Of a DNA stretch of 64,000 nt, positions 38,147 through 46,803 are shown piece by piece. How positions within the stretch are numbered: the first letter of the stretch is position 1; each line of letters opens with the position of its first letter. This stretch comes from Thermoanaerobaculia bacterium (GTDB lineage: Bacteria > Acidobacteriota > Thermoanaerobaculia > Multivoradales > UBA5704): the NCBI GenBank assembly GCA_044226625.1, contig JBGAGQ010000015.1, positions 39,215 to 103,214 on the forward strand, given 5' to 3'. The notes below the pieces were generated by a model, which did no database searches, was not told where the DNA came from, and saw only the letters and a list, made by a program, of their open reading frames with translations. The position numbers and the translations under genes are program-made.

Positions 38147-40954
38147 ATCGAAACCTGGCCACCGCCGGACGACCCGGCGGAATTCGAATCCCTTTGCCTC
38201 GATCTCTGGAAGGAGATCTGGGGCCCCGACAGCCGCGCCCAATTGCACGGCCGCTCCGGCCAGGAGCAGGACGGGGTGGACCTCTTCGGCCTCGACCGAG
38301 CCGGTCGCCAGGTGGGTGTCCAGTGCAAGGTGAAGAAGGCCCTCCTCGGCTCGAAGCTCACCGTGCCTGAGCTCGAGACGGAGGTCGAGAAGGCGAAGGC
38401 GTTCCTCCCCTCGTTGAGTCTTTACATCGTGGCCACCACCGGCCCACGCGACGCGGCGGTCCAAGAGCGGGCACGGCTCTACACGGAAAGCGGCTTCCCG
38501 GTCGAGGTCTGGTCGTGGTCGGACCTCTGGGGCGAGATCTACCGTCGAGGCGATTTCCTCACCCGCTTCGGCCGCATCTACTGGCCCAAGCTGTTCGAGG
38601 TCTGGGTCGGCGAAAGGAAGGTCGCGCCGACTCGGCTGACGCATGTTGCGGAGGTTCTGATCGGAAGGGAGAAAGAGCGCGCCGCGCTCGACGCCGCCTG
38701 GGCCGATCCGACCATCCGCGTCGTGACGATCGTCGCTTGGGGTGGTGTCGGAAAGACTTCGTTGGTCGGGAAATGGGCAGCGGAGAAGGATCTCGGCGGC
38801 GCCGACTATTTCGACTGGTCGTTCTACAGCCAAGGGACGAGGGAAGAGGGGTCTGCCTCCGGCGAGCCGTTCGTCAACGCGGCGTTGCGTTTCTTCGGGG
38901 GCGAGGAGGGGGAGAAGATCGCGTCGAGCGCCGCGTCCGGGTGGGACAAGGGCGCGAAGCTCGCCGCGTTCGTGGCGCGTAGGAAGGCGTTGGTGATCCT
39001 CGACGGATTGGAGCCGCTTCAGTATCCAAGCTCCGGTCCGAAGGCGACCGCCGGACAGTTGAAAGACCCAGGAGTAGCAGCGTTTCTCCGGGGGCTTGCC
39101 GCGGAAAACCCCGGGCTGTGCGTGGTGACGACACGAGAGAGCGTGAAGGATCTCGATGCGTTCAAAGAGAAGGCGGCGCCGGAGTGGAAGCTGGAGCGGC
39201 TGAGCACGGCGGCCGGGGTGAGCCTTCTCGAAAACCTTGCGGTGAGAGGGACGAGGAAGGAGAAAGAGGAGGTCGTCGAAAAGGTTAAGGGCCACGCGCT
39301 GACGCTGATTCTGCTCGGTGCCTACCTGCGCGATGCCTTCGAAGGAGATATCCGTCAGGTGGATCTCGTCGATCTCGGAGAGGCGGATCAGGAGGAGCAA
39401 GGGGGGCACGCGTTCCGAGTGATCTCGGCCTATGAGAGGTGGTTTGTCAGCGAGGGAAAAGACGAGGCCTCGCGCCAGCTTGCCGTGCTTCGGTTGCTCG
39501 GACTGTTCGACCGGCCGGCGGACAAGGGGTGCATTGAGGCGCTGCGGAAGGAACCTGCGGTCTCGGGGCTCACGGAGCCGCTCGTCGGCTTGGCCGACCA
39601 GCAATGGAACCTCGCAGTTTCGCGGCTCGCGGAGCGGGGACTGGTCTCGAAGGAGAAGGGCGCCCTCGACGCCCACCCACTCATCCGCGAGTACTTCGCA
39701 GACCAGCTCAAGAAGAAGAACGAGCCGGCCTGGCGCGCCGCGCACGGGCGGCTGTTCGAGCACCTACGGGATTCGACCGATTACGAGCCCGACACGCTCG
39801 AAGGTCTCCAGCCGCTCTACCAGGCTGTCGCCCACGGCTGCCACGCGGGGCGGCAGCAGGAGGCGTGTGACACGATCTATTGGGATCGAATCCAGAGGGG
39901 CGAAGAAGCTTTCAGCACAAAAAAGCTCGGAGCCTCCGGCGCCGACCTTGGGGCCGTGGCCTGCTTTTTCGAATCTGCGTGGACAGGCGTCTCGTCGGCT
40001 CTCTCCGAATTCTGGCAAACCTGGCTACTGAACGAGGCCGCCTGCAGCCTTCGCGGCCTTGGCCGGCTTATCGAAGCCCTGGAGCCGATGAGGGTATCCA
40101 AGGAGATTGATGTTGAACGAGAGAATTGGCCTGACGCCGCGGTCAGCGCTTCCAGCCTGAGCGAACTTAAGCTCACGTTGGGAGAGATAGCACAGTCCGC
40201 GGCTGACGCCGCACAATCCGTGAAGTTCGCCGACCGTAGTGGTAATGTTTTTCTAAGGAGCATCACTCGCACGGCGTACGCCGATGCGCTGCACCAGTTG
40301 GGCTTCCATTCAGAATCGCGATCCTTGTTCGTTCAAGCGGAGAGGATTCAAGCTGAGTCGATGCCACAATGCCCTCGACTTCCAAATCTCCAAGGCTTCC
40401 GTTACTGCGATCTTCTGCTTGGCGAAGTCGAGCGTGCAGTGGGCCAGATGAGGGGAACGGAACCGGCGGGGGATGAACTGTTCGAGGCGATCTGCGAGGT
40501 CGGGGAACGAGCGGCGATTTCTATTACGAATGCTCGCCGCAATCGATGGATCCTCGACATCGCGCTCGATCAGCTGACATTAGGCCGTGCCACGTTCTAT
40601 CGATCGATCCTTGAAGGCTCGGACCCCAGCGCCGCGAAAGCCGATCTCTTGGCCACCGTGAGCGGCTTCCGTATCGCCGGAGTCATCGAATTCCTACCCC
40701 GAGGCCTCCTCACCCGCTCCTGGCTGCATTTCGAAATGGGCAACCCCGAAGCCGCCCGCGCCGACCTGGACGAAGCGCAGGAAATCGCGGAGCGCGGCCC
40801 GATGCCGCTGTTCCTCGCAGACATCGCGCTCTATCGCGGCCGGATGTTCGGCGACCGGGCGGCGCTCGCCGAGGCGCGGCGGTTGATCGAGAAGCACGGC
40901 TATGGCCGGCGGTTGGGGGAGTTGGAGGACGCCGAGGCGGCGCTGGCGTCGTGA
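38147..40954 (+). CDS. PD-(D/E)xK nuclease-STAND NTPase-TPR protein, copy 1 (Avs/NLR-like; start uncertain)
   Basis: FESLC..GRSGQEQDGVD..VQCK; Walker A AWGGVGKT; Walker B LVILDGLE; VTTR; DAHPLIREYF; helical C-terminus. Confidence 0.8.
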   Translation: METWPPPDDPAEFESLCLDLWKEIWGPDSRAQLHGRSGQEQDGVDLFGLDRAGRQVGVQCKVKKALLGSKLTVPELETEVEKAKAFLPSLSLYIVATTGPRDAAVQERARLYTESGFPVEVWSWSDLWGEIYRRGDFLTRFGRIYWPKLFEVWVGERKVAPTRLTHVAEVLIGREKERAALDAAWADPTIRVVTIVAWGGVGKTSLVGKWAAEKDLGGADYFDWSFYSQGTREEGSASGEPFVNAALRFFGGEEGEKIASSAASGWDKGAKLAAFVARRKALVILDGLEPLQYPSSGPKATAGQLKDPGVAAFLRGLAAENPGLCVVTTRESVKDLDAFKEKAAPEWKLERLSTAAGVSLLENLAVRGTRKEKEEVVEKVKGHALTLILLGAYLRDAFEGDIRQVDLVDLGEADQEEQGGHAFRVISAYERWFVSEGKDEASRQLAVLRLLGLFDRPADKGCIEALRKEPAVSGLTEPLVGLADQQWNLAVSRLAERGLVSKEKGALDAHPLIREYFADQLKKKNEPAWRAAHGRLFEHLRDSTDYEPDTLEGLQPLYQAVAHGCHAGRQQEACDTIYWDRIQRGEEAFSTKKLGASGADLGAVACFFESAWTGVSSALSEFWQTWLLNEAACSLRGLGRLIEALEPMRVSKEIDVERENWPDAAVSASSLSELKLTLGEIAQSAADAAQSVKFADRSGNVFLRSITRTAYADALHQLGFHSESRSLFVQAERIQAESMPQCPRLPNLQGFRYCDLLLGEVERAVGQMRGTEPAGDELFEAICEVGERAAISITNARRNRWILDIALDQLTLGRATFYRSILEGSDPSAAKADLLATVSGFRIAGVIEFLPRGLLTRSWLHFEMGNPEAARADLDEAQEIAERGPMPLFLADIALYRGRMFGDRAALAEARRLIEKHGYGRRLGELEDAEAALAS

Positions 40955-40955
40955 G

Positions 40956-40996
40956 CCGCTTCTCCCTGGGACCGCCGAGCACCAGCTCGGCAACGG
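40956..40996 (+). repeat. 41-nt downstream element identical after both STAND genes
   Basis: CCGCTTCTCCCTGGGACCGCCGAGCACCAGCTCGGCAACGG, also at 43930-43970. Confidence 0.85.
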
Positions 40997-41081
40997 TTGC
41001 CTCGCAGGTCGACCGGTAACGCCAAAAATACCCACTCCCATATCGCAGTGTTACGCTTTGCGCTGTTTCCGGAAATCTGCG

Positions 41082-43928
41082 ATGACCTCCGACCTTCAAA
41101 CCTGGCCGGCACCCACGGATGACCGTGTCTTCGAGGATCTTTGCCTCGACCTGTGGGAAGACATCTGGGGCCCAGACTGCGGCGCGCGGACCAATGGCCG
41201 GTCGGGCCAGAAGCAGAAGGGCGTGGACGTCCACGGTCGCGACCGGCACGGGCGGTGGATCGGCGTCCAATGCAAGGTGCGCAACGCGCAGCTCGGCTCG
41301 AAGCTGACGCCGGATGAGGTGAAGGCGGAGGTTCAGGCGGCAATCCAGTTCTCACCGCCCTTGAGCCTCTACATCGTGGCGACCACGGCGCTTCCAGACG
41401 CCGCACCGCTGGGTATGGCGCGTGAGCTTACGGATCAAAGCCCGTTCGAGGTCCAGATCTGGTCGTGGCAAGAAATCATGCGCGAGCTCGGTCGGCGCCC
41501 GGATCTGCTTCGGCGGATCTCACCGAAGTACTGGCCGACGCTCGTCGGATGGATCGAAGGTCCGAAGATCCTCATCGAAAACCTCCCAAGGGTCACCGGC
41601 GTCCTGGTCGGCCGCGAGGAGCGCCTGAAACAGCTCGACGAAGCCTGGGACGATCCAGCGATCCACGTCGTGACCCTTGTCGCTTGGGGCGGTGTCGGGA
41701 AGACCGCCCTGCTCGCCGAATGGGAAGGGCGGCTCGCGGCGCGCGCGTTCGACGGCGCTGATGCGTTCGACTGGTCGTTCTACAGCCAGGGGACGAAAGA
41801 GGAGGTGTCCGCTTCGGGCGACCGGTTCCTGGAGGCGGCGTTCGGCTTCTTCGGAGGCAAAGAGGGCGAGGAGATCGCAGCGCGTCCGATCGCGGCGGAA
41901 GAGAAAGGAAAGGCGCTCGCGGGGTTCGTCGCGCGGAGGAAAGCGCTTGTCGTTCTGGACGGGCTGGAGCCGCTCCAGTACCCGCCGAGCAGTCCTCTTC
42001 ACGGAGAGATCAGAGACCCGGGCGTCAGGGCGTTGCTCAAGGCCCTGGCGGTGAGGAATCCGGGACTTTGCGTGGTGACGACGCGCGAGCGGGTCGAGGA
42101 TCTCGGTCGATATCGGAATACGACGGCGCCGGAGTGGGAGCTGGAGCGGTTGAGTACCGAAGCCGGGGTTGCACTACTTGACCGGCTCGGTGTGGTGGGT
42201 CGGACGATCGATTTAAAGGGGCTGGTCGAAGACGTCGACGGCCACGCGTTGACGATCAATCTTCTGGGGACGTACCTTGCGAAGGCCCATCATGGCGACG
42301 TGCGGAAGCGCCATCGGGTGAAGCTCCAGAAGGCGGACGCCAAGGTCCAAGGGGGGCACGCGTTCCGGGCGATCGAGGCCTACGAGCGTTGGTTTCTCAC
42401 CGAAGGGGAAGAGGGCGCTCGGCAGCTTGCCATTCTTCGGCTGCTTGGACTGTTCGACCGCCCTGCGGACGGAGGATGTGTAAAGGCGCTGCGCCAGGAG
42501 CCGGCAATCCCGGAGCTGACGGATGCGATCGTGGGGCTCGATGAAGAGGACTGGAACTTCGCCGTCGACGCTCTGACCGGTTGTGGCCTCCTCTCGGCTT
42601 CGACCGACGGGAAACCCGGCCGTTGCGCAGGCCTCGACGCCCACCCACTCATCCGCGAGTACTTCGCCGAACAGCTAAAGAGGAAGAGCCCTGAAGCCTG
42701 GCGCTCCGCGCACGGGCGGCTGTTCGAACACCTGCGGGACACGACCCCTTACCAGCCCGACAAGCTCGAGGGGCTCCGGCCGCTCTACGAGGCCGTCGCC
42801 CACGGTTGTCACGCGGGGCGGCAGCAGGAAGCGTGCGATGAGGTTTATTTCAAACGTATTCTGAGAGGCACTGGGCCGGATGGGTTCTACAGTGTAAATA
42901 TGCTGGGAGCCGTCGGAGCAGACCTGGGAGCCTTGGCCAGTTTTTTCGAACCTCCTTGGCACCATGTCACCGAGGCGATTCTGGAGTCCGATCAGTCGTG
43001 GCTCCTAAACGAGGCCGGCCAGCGACTACGTTCATTGGGGCGCCTGGTCGAGGCATTGGATCCTATTCAGGCCGGCTTGGAGATGGAAGTAAGAAGGAGG
43101 GATTGGACGGAAGCCGCGCGCCGAGCGACAAATCTTAGCGAGGTGCTTTTAGCGGTGGGTGATATCGAAAGAGCGTTAGAAAGCTCCAGCGCTTGTACAG
43201 AATTTTCTGACCGTGGTGAGGACGTTACGTTGCGATCCGCCTTGCGGACAACTCGCGCCGACATTCTCCATCAGGCAGGCAGACTAGACGAGGCCGCGAT
43301 TCTGTTCGCTGACGCTGAGCGGATTCAAAGGCTGTGGAACCCCGCATTTCCCATCCTCTACTCGCTATGGGGTTTCCGCTTCTGCGAATTTCTTCTTGGC
43401 GATGTAGAGAGAAAGGCGTCGCAGAAGGGGATAACGGAGAACAGTACCGGTATCTTGAAGGTTGTTCGCGAGGTAGAGCTGCGAGCTGCGCAGACGCTTG
43501 GGTGGGTCGTTCCCCAGAACTGGCTCCTTGACGTCGCCCTCGACCACCTAACACTGGGGCGCGCCGCGCTCTATCAATCGATCTTGTTGGATACGGACCC
43601 TGCAACCGCGAAGCCCGAGATCGAGTCGGCTCTGGATGGCCTCCGCCGCGCGGGGATACTCGATTACCTCCCGAAGGCCCTCCTCACCCGATCCTGGCTG
43701 CATTTCGAAATGGGCAACCCCGAAGCCGCCCAAGCCGACCTGGCCGAAGCTCAGGAGATCGCGGAGCGTGGCCCGATGCCGCTTATCCTCGCCGACATCG
43801 CGCTCTACCGCGGGCGGATGTTCGGCGACCGGGGAGAGCTGGCGAAGGCTCGGCGATTGATCGAGAAGCACGGCTACGGCCGGCGGTTGGGGGAGCTAGA
43901 GGACGCCGAGGCCTCGCTGGCGCCGTGA
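41082..43928 (+). CDS. PD-(D/E)xK nuclease-STAND NTPase-TPR protein, copy 2
   Basis: ATG at 41082; FEDLC..GRSGQKQKGVD..VQCK; AWGGVGKT; LVVLDGLE; DAHPLIREYF. Confidence 0.85.
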   Translation: MTSDLQTWPAPTDDRVFEDLCLDLWEDIWGPDCGARTNGRSGQKQKGVDVHGRDRHGRWIGVQCKVRNAQLGSKLTPDEVKAEVQAAIQFSPPLSLYIVATTALPDAAPLGMARELTDQSPFEVQIWSWQEIMRELGRRPDLLRRISPKYWPTLVGWIEGPKILIENLPRVTGVLVGREERLKQLDEAWDDPAIHVVTLVAWGGVGKTALLAEWEGRLAARAFDGADAFDWSFYSQGTKEEVSASGDRFLEAAFGFFGGKEGEEIAARPIAAEEKGKALAGFVARRKALVVLDGLEPLQYPPSSPLHGEIRDPGVRALLKALAVRNPGLCVVTTRERVEDLGRYRNTTAPEWELERLSTEAGVALLDRLGVVGRTIDLKGLVEDVDGHALTINLLGTYLAKAHHGDVRKRHRVKLQKADAKVQGGHAFRAIEAYERWFLTEGEEGARQLAILRLLGLFDRPADGGCVKALRQEPAIPELTDAIVGLDEEDWNFAVDALTGCGLLSASTDGKPGRCAGLDAHPLIREYFAEQLKRKSPEAWRSAHGRLFEHLRDTTPYQPDKLEGLRPLYEAVAHGCHAGRQQEACDEVYFKRILRGTGPDGFYSVNMLGAVGADLGALASFFEPPWHHVTEAILESDQSWLLNEAGQRLRSLGRLVEALDPIQAGLEMEVRRRDWTEAARRATNLSEVLLAVGDIERALESSSACTEFSDRGEDVTLRSALRTTRADILHQAGRLDEAAILFADAERIQRLWNPAFPILYSLWGFRFCEFLLGDVERKASQKGITENSTGILKVVREVELRAAQTLGWVVPQNWLLDVALDHLTLGRAALYQSILLDTDPATAKPEIESALDGLRRAGILDYLPKALLTRSWLHFEMGNPEAAQADLAEAQEIAERGPMPLILADIALYRGRMFGDRGELAKARRLIEKHGYGRRLGELEDAEASLAP

Positions 43929-43999
43929 TCCGCTTCTCCCTGGGACCGCCGAGCACCAGCTCGGCAACGGGCGTCTCGCCGGTCGAGCTGTACCCAACA

Positions 44000-44272
44000 A
44001 AATTGCAGCGGTGCACCGCGATTTTGCCGCGGTGCATTCCGCCAGCGCACCAGTGCACAGCGTGAATGCACAGGTGCGTTTTGATTTTGCAGCAGTGCAA
44101 TCCGCCAATGCACCGGTTCGCTGGGATTTTGCAGCGCTGCAATCCGCCGGTGCACCCGTGCGCTGGAACTTTGCAGCGGTTCAATCCGCGGGTGCACCAC
44201 TGCGCTGGCATTTTGCAGCGGTGCACAGCGGCAGTGCACCGCTACAAAACGCCAGCGCACCGCTGCAATCTC
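44000..44272. repeat. 13 x 21-nt degenerate tandem array (TGCA-N4-TGCA cores, 9-nt spacers)
   Basis: Strict 21-nt phase, e.g. ATTTTGCAGCGCTGCAATCCG / CCGGTGCACCCGTGCGCTGGA. Confidence 0.88.
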
Positions 44273-44482
44273 GCGGCGAACCAGGAGCCCGACGCTCGAC
44301 CGAGCTGTCCAGACGTTAGGTTTCCCTTCCTAAGCCGGAGAAACCGGCCCGCGGGCCTCGGGCACCGAATCGCAAGTCCGGATCACGTCTCCCCAGAACG
44401 AGACCGCCCTCGCTGAGACGCGGTGCACAGACGCCCGTAGCGCGGGCAAGCCTTCACCGCTTCCGGGCTCGACGACGAGAGC

Positions 44483-45334
44483 CTACAGATCGCTCCGCGC
44501 CTGCCAGAGCTCCGGGAACAACCGCGTCTCCAGCACCCGCCGCAGGTAGGGCACTCCTTCGGTTCCCCCCGTGCCGTGCTTCGCTCCGATGATCCTCGAC
44601 ACGGTGACCAGATGGCGGAAGCGCCACTGGAGGAACGTGTCTTCGAGGTCGACCAGCTCCTCGGACAGCTCGTAGAGGTCGAAGTATTCGGAGCTGTTGC
44701 GGTAGATCGTGAGCCACGCCTGCTCGACGCTCGGGTGGGGCGCGTATTGTTCCGAGACGTCCCGGTCGAGGACGCTCCGGTCGATCGGAAAACCGCGCCG
44801 GGCGAGGAGGCGGATCGCTTCGTCGTAAAGGGAAGGGGCGGCGAGCGCTTGGCGGAGGATCTCGACCAGGTCCTCGCGGTGGGCGTGCGGCTCGATCAGA
44901 GACGAGCTTTTGTTGCCGAGGTGGAACTCGACCAGGCGGTATTGCCACGACTGGAAGCCGCTCGAATTGCCGAGGTGCGGCCGGATGCGGCCGTATTCGG
45001 ACGGCGTGAGCGTCGCGAGCACGTTCCACGACTGGACCAGCTGCTCGAAGATCCGCGACACGCGGGCGAGGCATTTGAAGGCGGGCGGCAGGTTGTCGCC
45101 GCGGACGAAACCGATCGCCTGCTCCAGCTCGTGGAGCATCAGCTTGATCCACAGCTCGCTCGTCTGGTGCTGGATGATGAACAGAAGCTCGTTCGGATCG
45201 TCCGAGAGCGGAGTCTGGGCGGAAAGGATCTTGTCGAGCCCCAGGTAGTCGCCGTAGCTCATCCGGCGCTCGAAATCGGTGAGCGCGCCGCCGAGGCGGG
45301 ACGCCGGATCGGTGTGGACGTCGTCAGGTTTCAA
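44483..45334 (-). CDS. kynA: Tryptophan 2,3-dioxygenase
   Basis: [30 protein letters not shown] and [11 protein letters not shown]. Confidence 0.95.
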   Translation of the reverse strand: MKPDDVHTDPASRLGGALTDFERRMSYGDYLGLDKILSAQTPLSDDPNELLFIIQHQTSELWIKLMLHELEQAIGFVRGDNLPPAFKCLARVSRIFEQLVQSWNVLATLTPSEYGRIRPHLGNSSGFQSWQYRLVEFHLGNKSSSLIEPHAHREDLVEILRQALAAPSLYDEAIRLLARRGFPIDRSVLDRDVSEQYAPHPSVEQAWLTIYRNSSEYFDLYELSEELVDLEDTFLQWRFRHLVTVSRIIGAKHGTGGTEGVPYLRRVLETRLFPELWQARSDL

Positions 45335-45368
45335 AAGTCGGAGGCCTTTCTCGAAAGCGGGGGAGCGG

Positions 45369-46682
45369 TCAGGTGACCGCCGCGCGGCGGTGGAATTCCG
45401 GCCGATCCCAGGAGCCGGACGCGAGGATCTCGGCGAGCGTTTCGGCGGCGTCCCAGACGTCGACGTAGCGGACGTAGAGCGGGGCGAAGCCGAAGCGGAG
45501 GATGTCGGGAGCGCGGAAGTCGCCGATCACGCCGCGCTCGATCAGCGCCTGCATCACCGCGTAGCCCTGGGGGTGATGGAAGCTCACCTGCGAGCCGCGC
45601 TCGTCGCGGTTTCTCGGCGAGGCGAGCGCGAGCCCCGAGGCGGGACCGGCGCGCTCTTCGACCCGCGCGATGAACAGGTCGCCGAGGCGGAGCGATTTTT
45701 CCCGCAGCGCGGCCGGTTCGGCCGCGAGCACCGTGTCGATCCCGCATTCGAGCGCGACCATCGAGAGGACCGGGGGGGTGCCGCAGACATAGCGCGCGAC
45801 GCCCGGCGCCGGGCGGTAGACGGGGTCGAAATCGAACGGCGCCGCGTGACCGAGCCAGCCGGAGAGCGGCTGCGCGAACGCCTCCTGATGGCGCGGTGCC
45901 ACCCAGAGGAACGCCGGGGCGCCCGGTCCGCCGTTCAGGTACTTGTAACCGCACCCCACGGCGAAATCGGCGCCCGCCTCGTTCAGGTCGATCGGCAGCG
46001 CCCCGGCCGTGTGCGCGAGGTCCCAGATCGCGAGGGCGCCCGCCCGGTGTGCCGCGGCGGTCAGGCGCGCCATGTCGTGGAGGCGCCCGGTCCGGTAGTT
46101 GACGTGGGTGAGCATCAGCACCGCGACGTCGCCGCGCTCGAGCTCCGCCTCGATCCGCTCCGCGCTCGGGTCGTCGTCGAGCAGGAACAACTCGCGGCTC
46201 CCGCCGAGCAGGCCGACCATCCCCTGCGCCATGTAGAGGTCGGTCGGGAAATTGTCGCGCTGCGAGACGATGCGTCGTTTGCCGGGGGCGAGCGCGAGCG
46301 CCGCCGCGAGCACCTTCCAGAGGTTGATCGAGGTCGAGTCGGCGACGACGGTCTCGCCCGGGCGCCCGCCGATCAGCCGGCCGATCTTGTCGCCCAGGCG
46401 CGTCGGCAGGTCGATCCAGCCCGCGCTGTTCCAACTGCGGATCAGGTCGCGCCCCCATTCCTCCTCGACCGTCCGGCGCACCCGCTCTGCGGTCCCTTTG
46501 GGGAGAGCGCCGAGGGAATTTCCGTCGAGATAGAGGATCCCCGGGGGGAGGTCGAAGCGGTCCCGGTGGTCGCGCAGTGGATCCTCCGCATCCCAGCGGA
46601 CGATCTGTTGGCGGTCGATGGCGCGTTCGTTCGACCCGGAGGCGCCGGAGGCGTCCGGAGGTGCCGCGAATCGGTCGGTCAT
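45369..46682 (-). CDS. kynU: Kynureninase
   Basis: [20 protein letters not shown] and [14 protein letters not shown]. Confidence 0.95.
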   Translation of the reverse strand: MTDRFAAPPDASGASGSNERAIDRQQIVRWDAEDPLRDHRDRFDLPPGILYLDGNSLGALPKGTAERVRRTVEEEWGRDLIRSWNSAGWIDLPTRLGDKIGRLIGGRPGETVVADSTSINLWKVLAAALALAPGKRRIVSQRDNFPTDLYMAQGMVGLLGGSRELFLLDDDPSAERIEAELERGDVAVLMLTHVNYRTGRLHDMARLTAAAHRAGALAIWDLAHTAGALPIDLNEAGADFAVGCGYKYLNGGPGAPAFLWVAPRHQEAFAQPLSGWLGHAAPFDFDPVYRPAPGVARYVCGTPPVLSMVALECGIDTVLAAEPAALREKSLRLGDLFIARVEERAGPASGLALASPRNRDERGSQVSFHHPQGYAVMQALIERGVIGDFRAPDILRFGFAPLYVRYVDVWDAAETLAEILASGSWDRPEFHRRAAVT

Positions 46683-46803
46683 GGACGAACGATAGTCCAC
46701 CGGGGCGGGCCGAGAGAAGCGCCGGCCGGTGTCTCGGTTCCCCGATCTGGCCGCACACCGAAGGGTAACCGTTCGATGTCGACGTCCTTTCAAGTGAGCT
46801 GAT

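Noticed and set aside
38147-43928. Diversity-generating retroelement explaining the paralogue similarity
   Set aside because: No reverse transcriptase in the window, and the differences are not adenine-specific
44000-44272. Calling the 21-nt array a CRISPR or TIGR array
   Set aside because: Spacers are only 9 nt and partly repetitive, the period is 21/42 nt, and no cas or Nop-domain gene is visible; kept as an unexplained array
46776-46802. Short ORF MSTSFQVS as a frameshifted NRPS N-terminus
   Set aside because: The NRPS has its own in-frame TTG/ATG (46804/46813) before the first C-domain motif; no evidence of a missing domain
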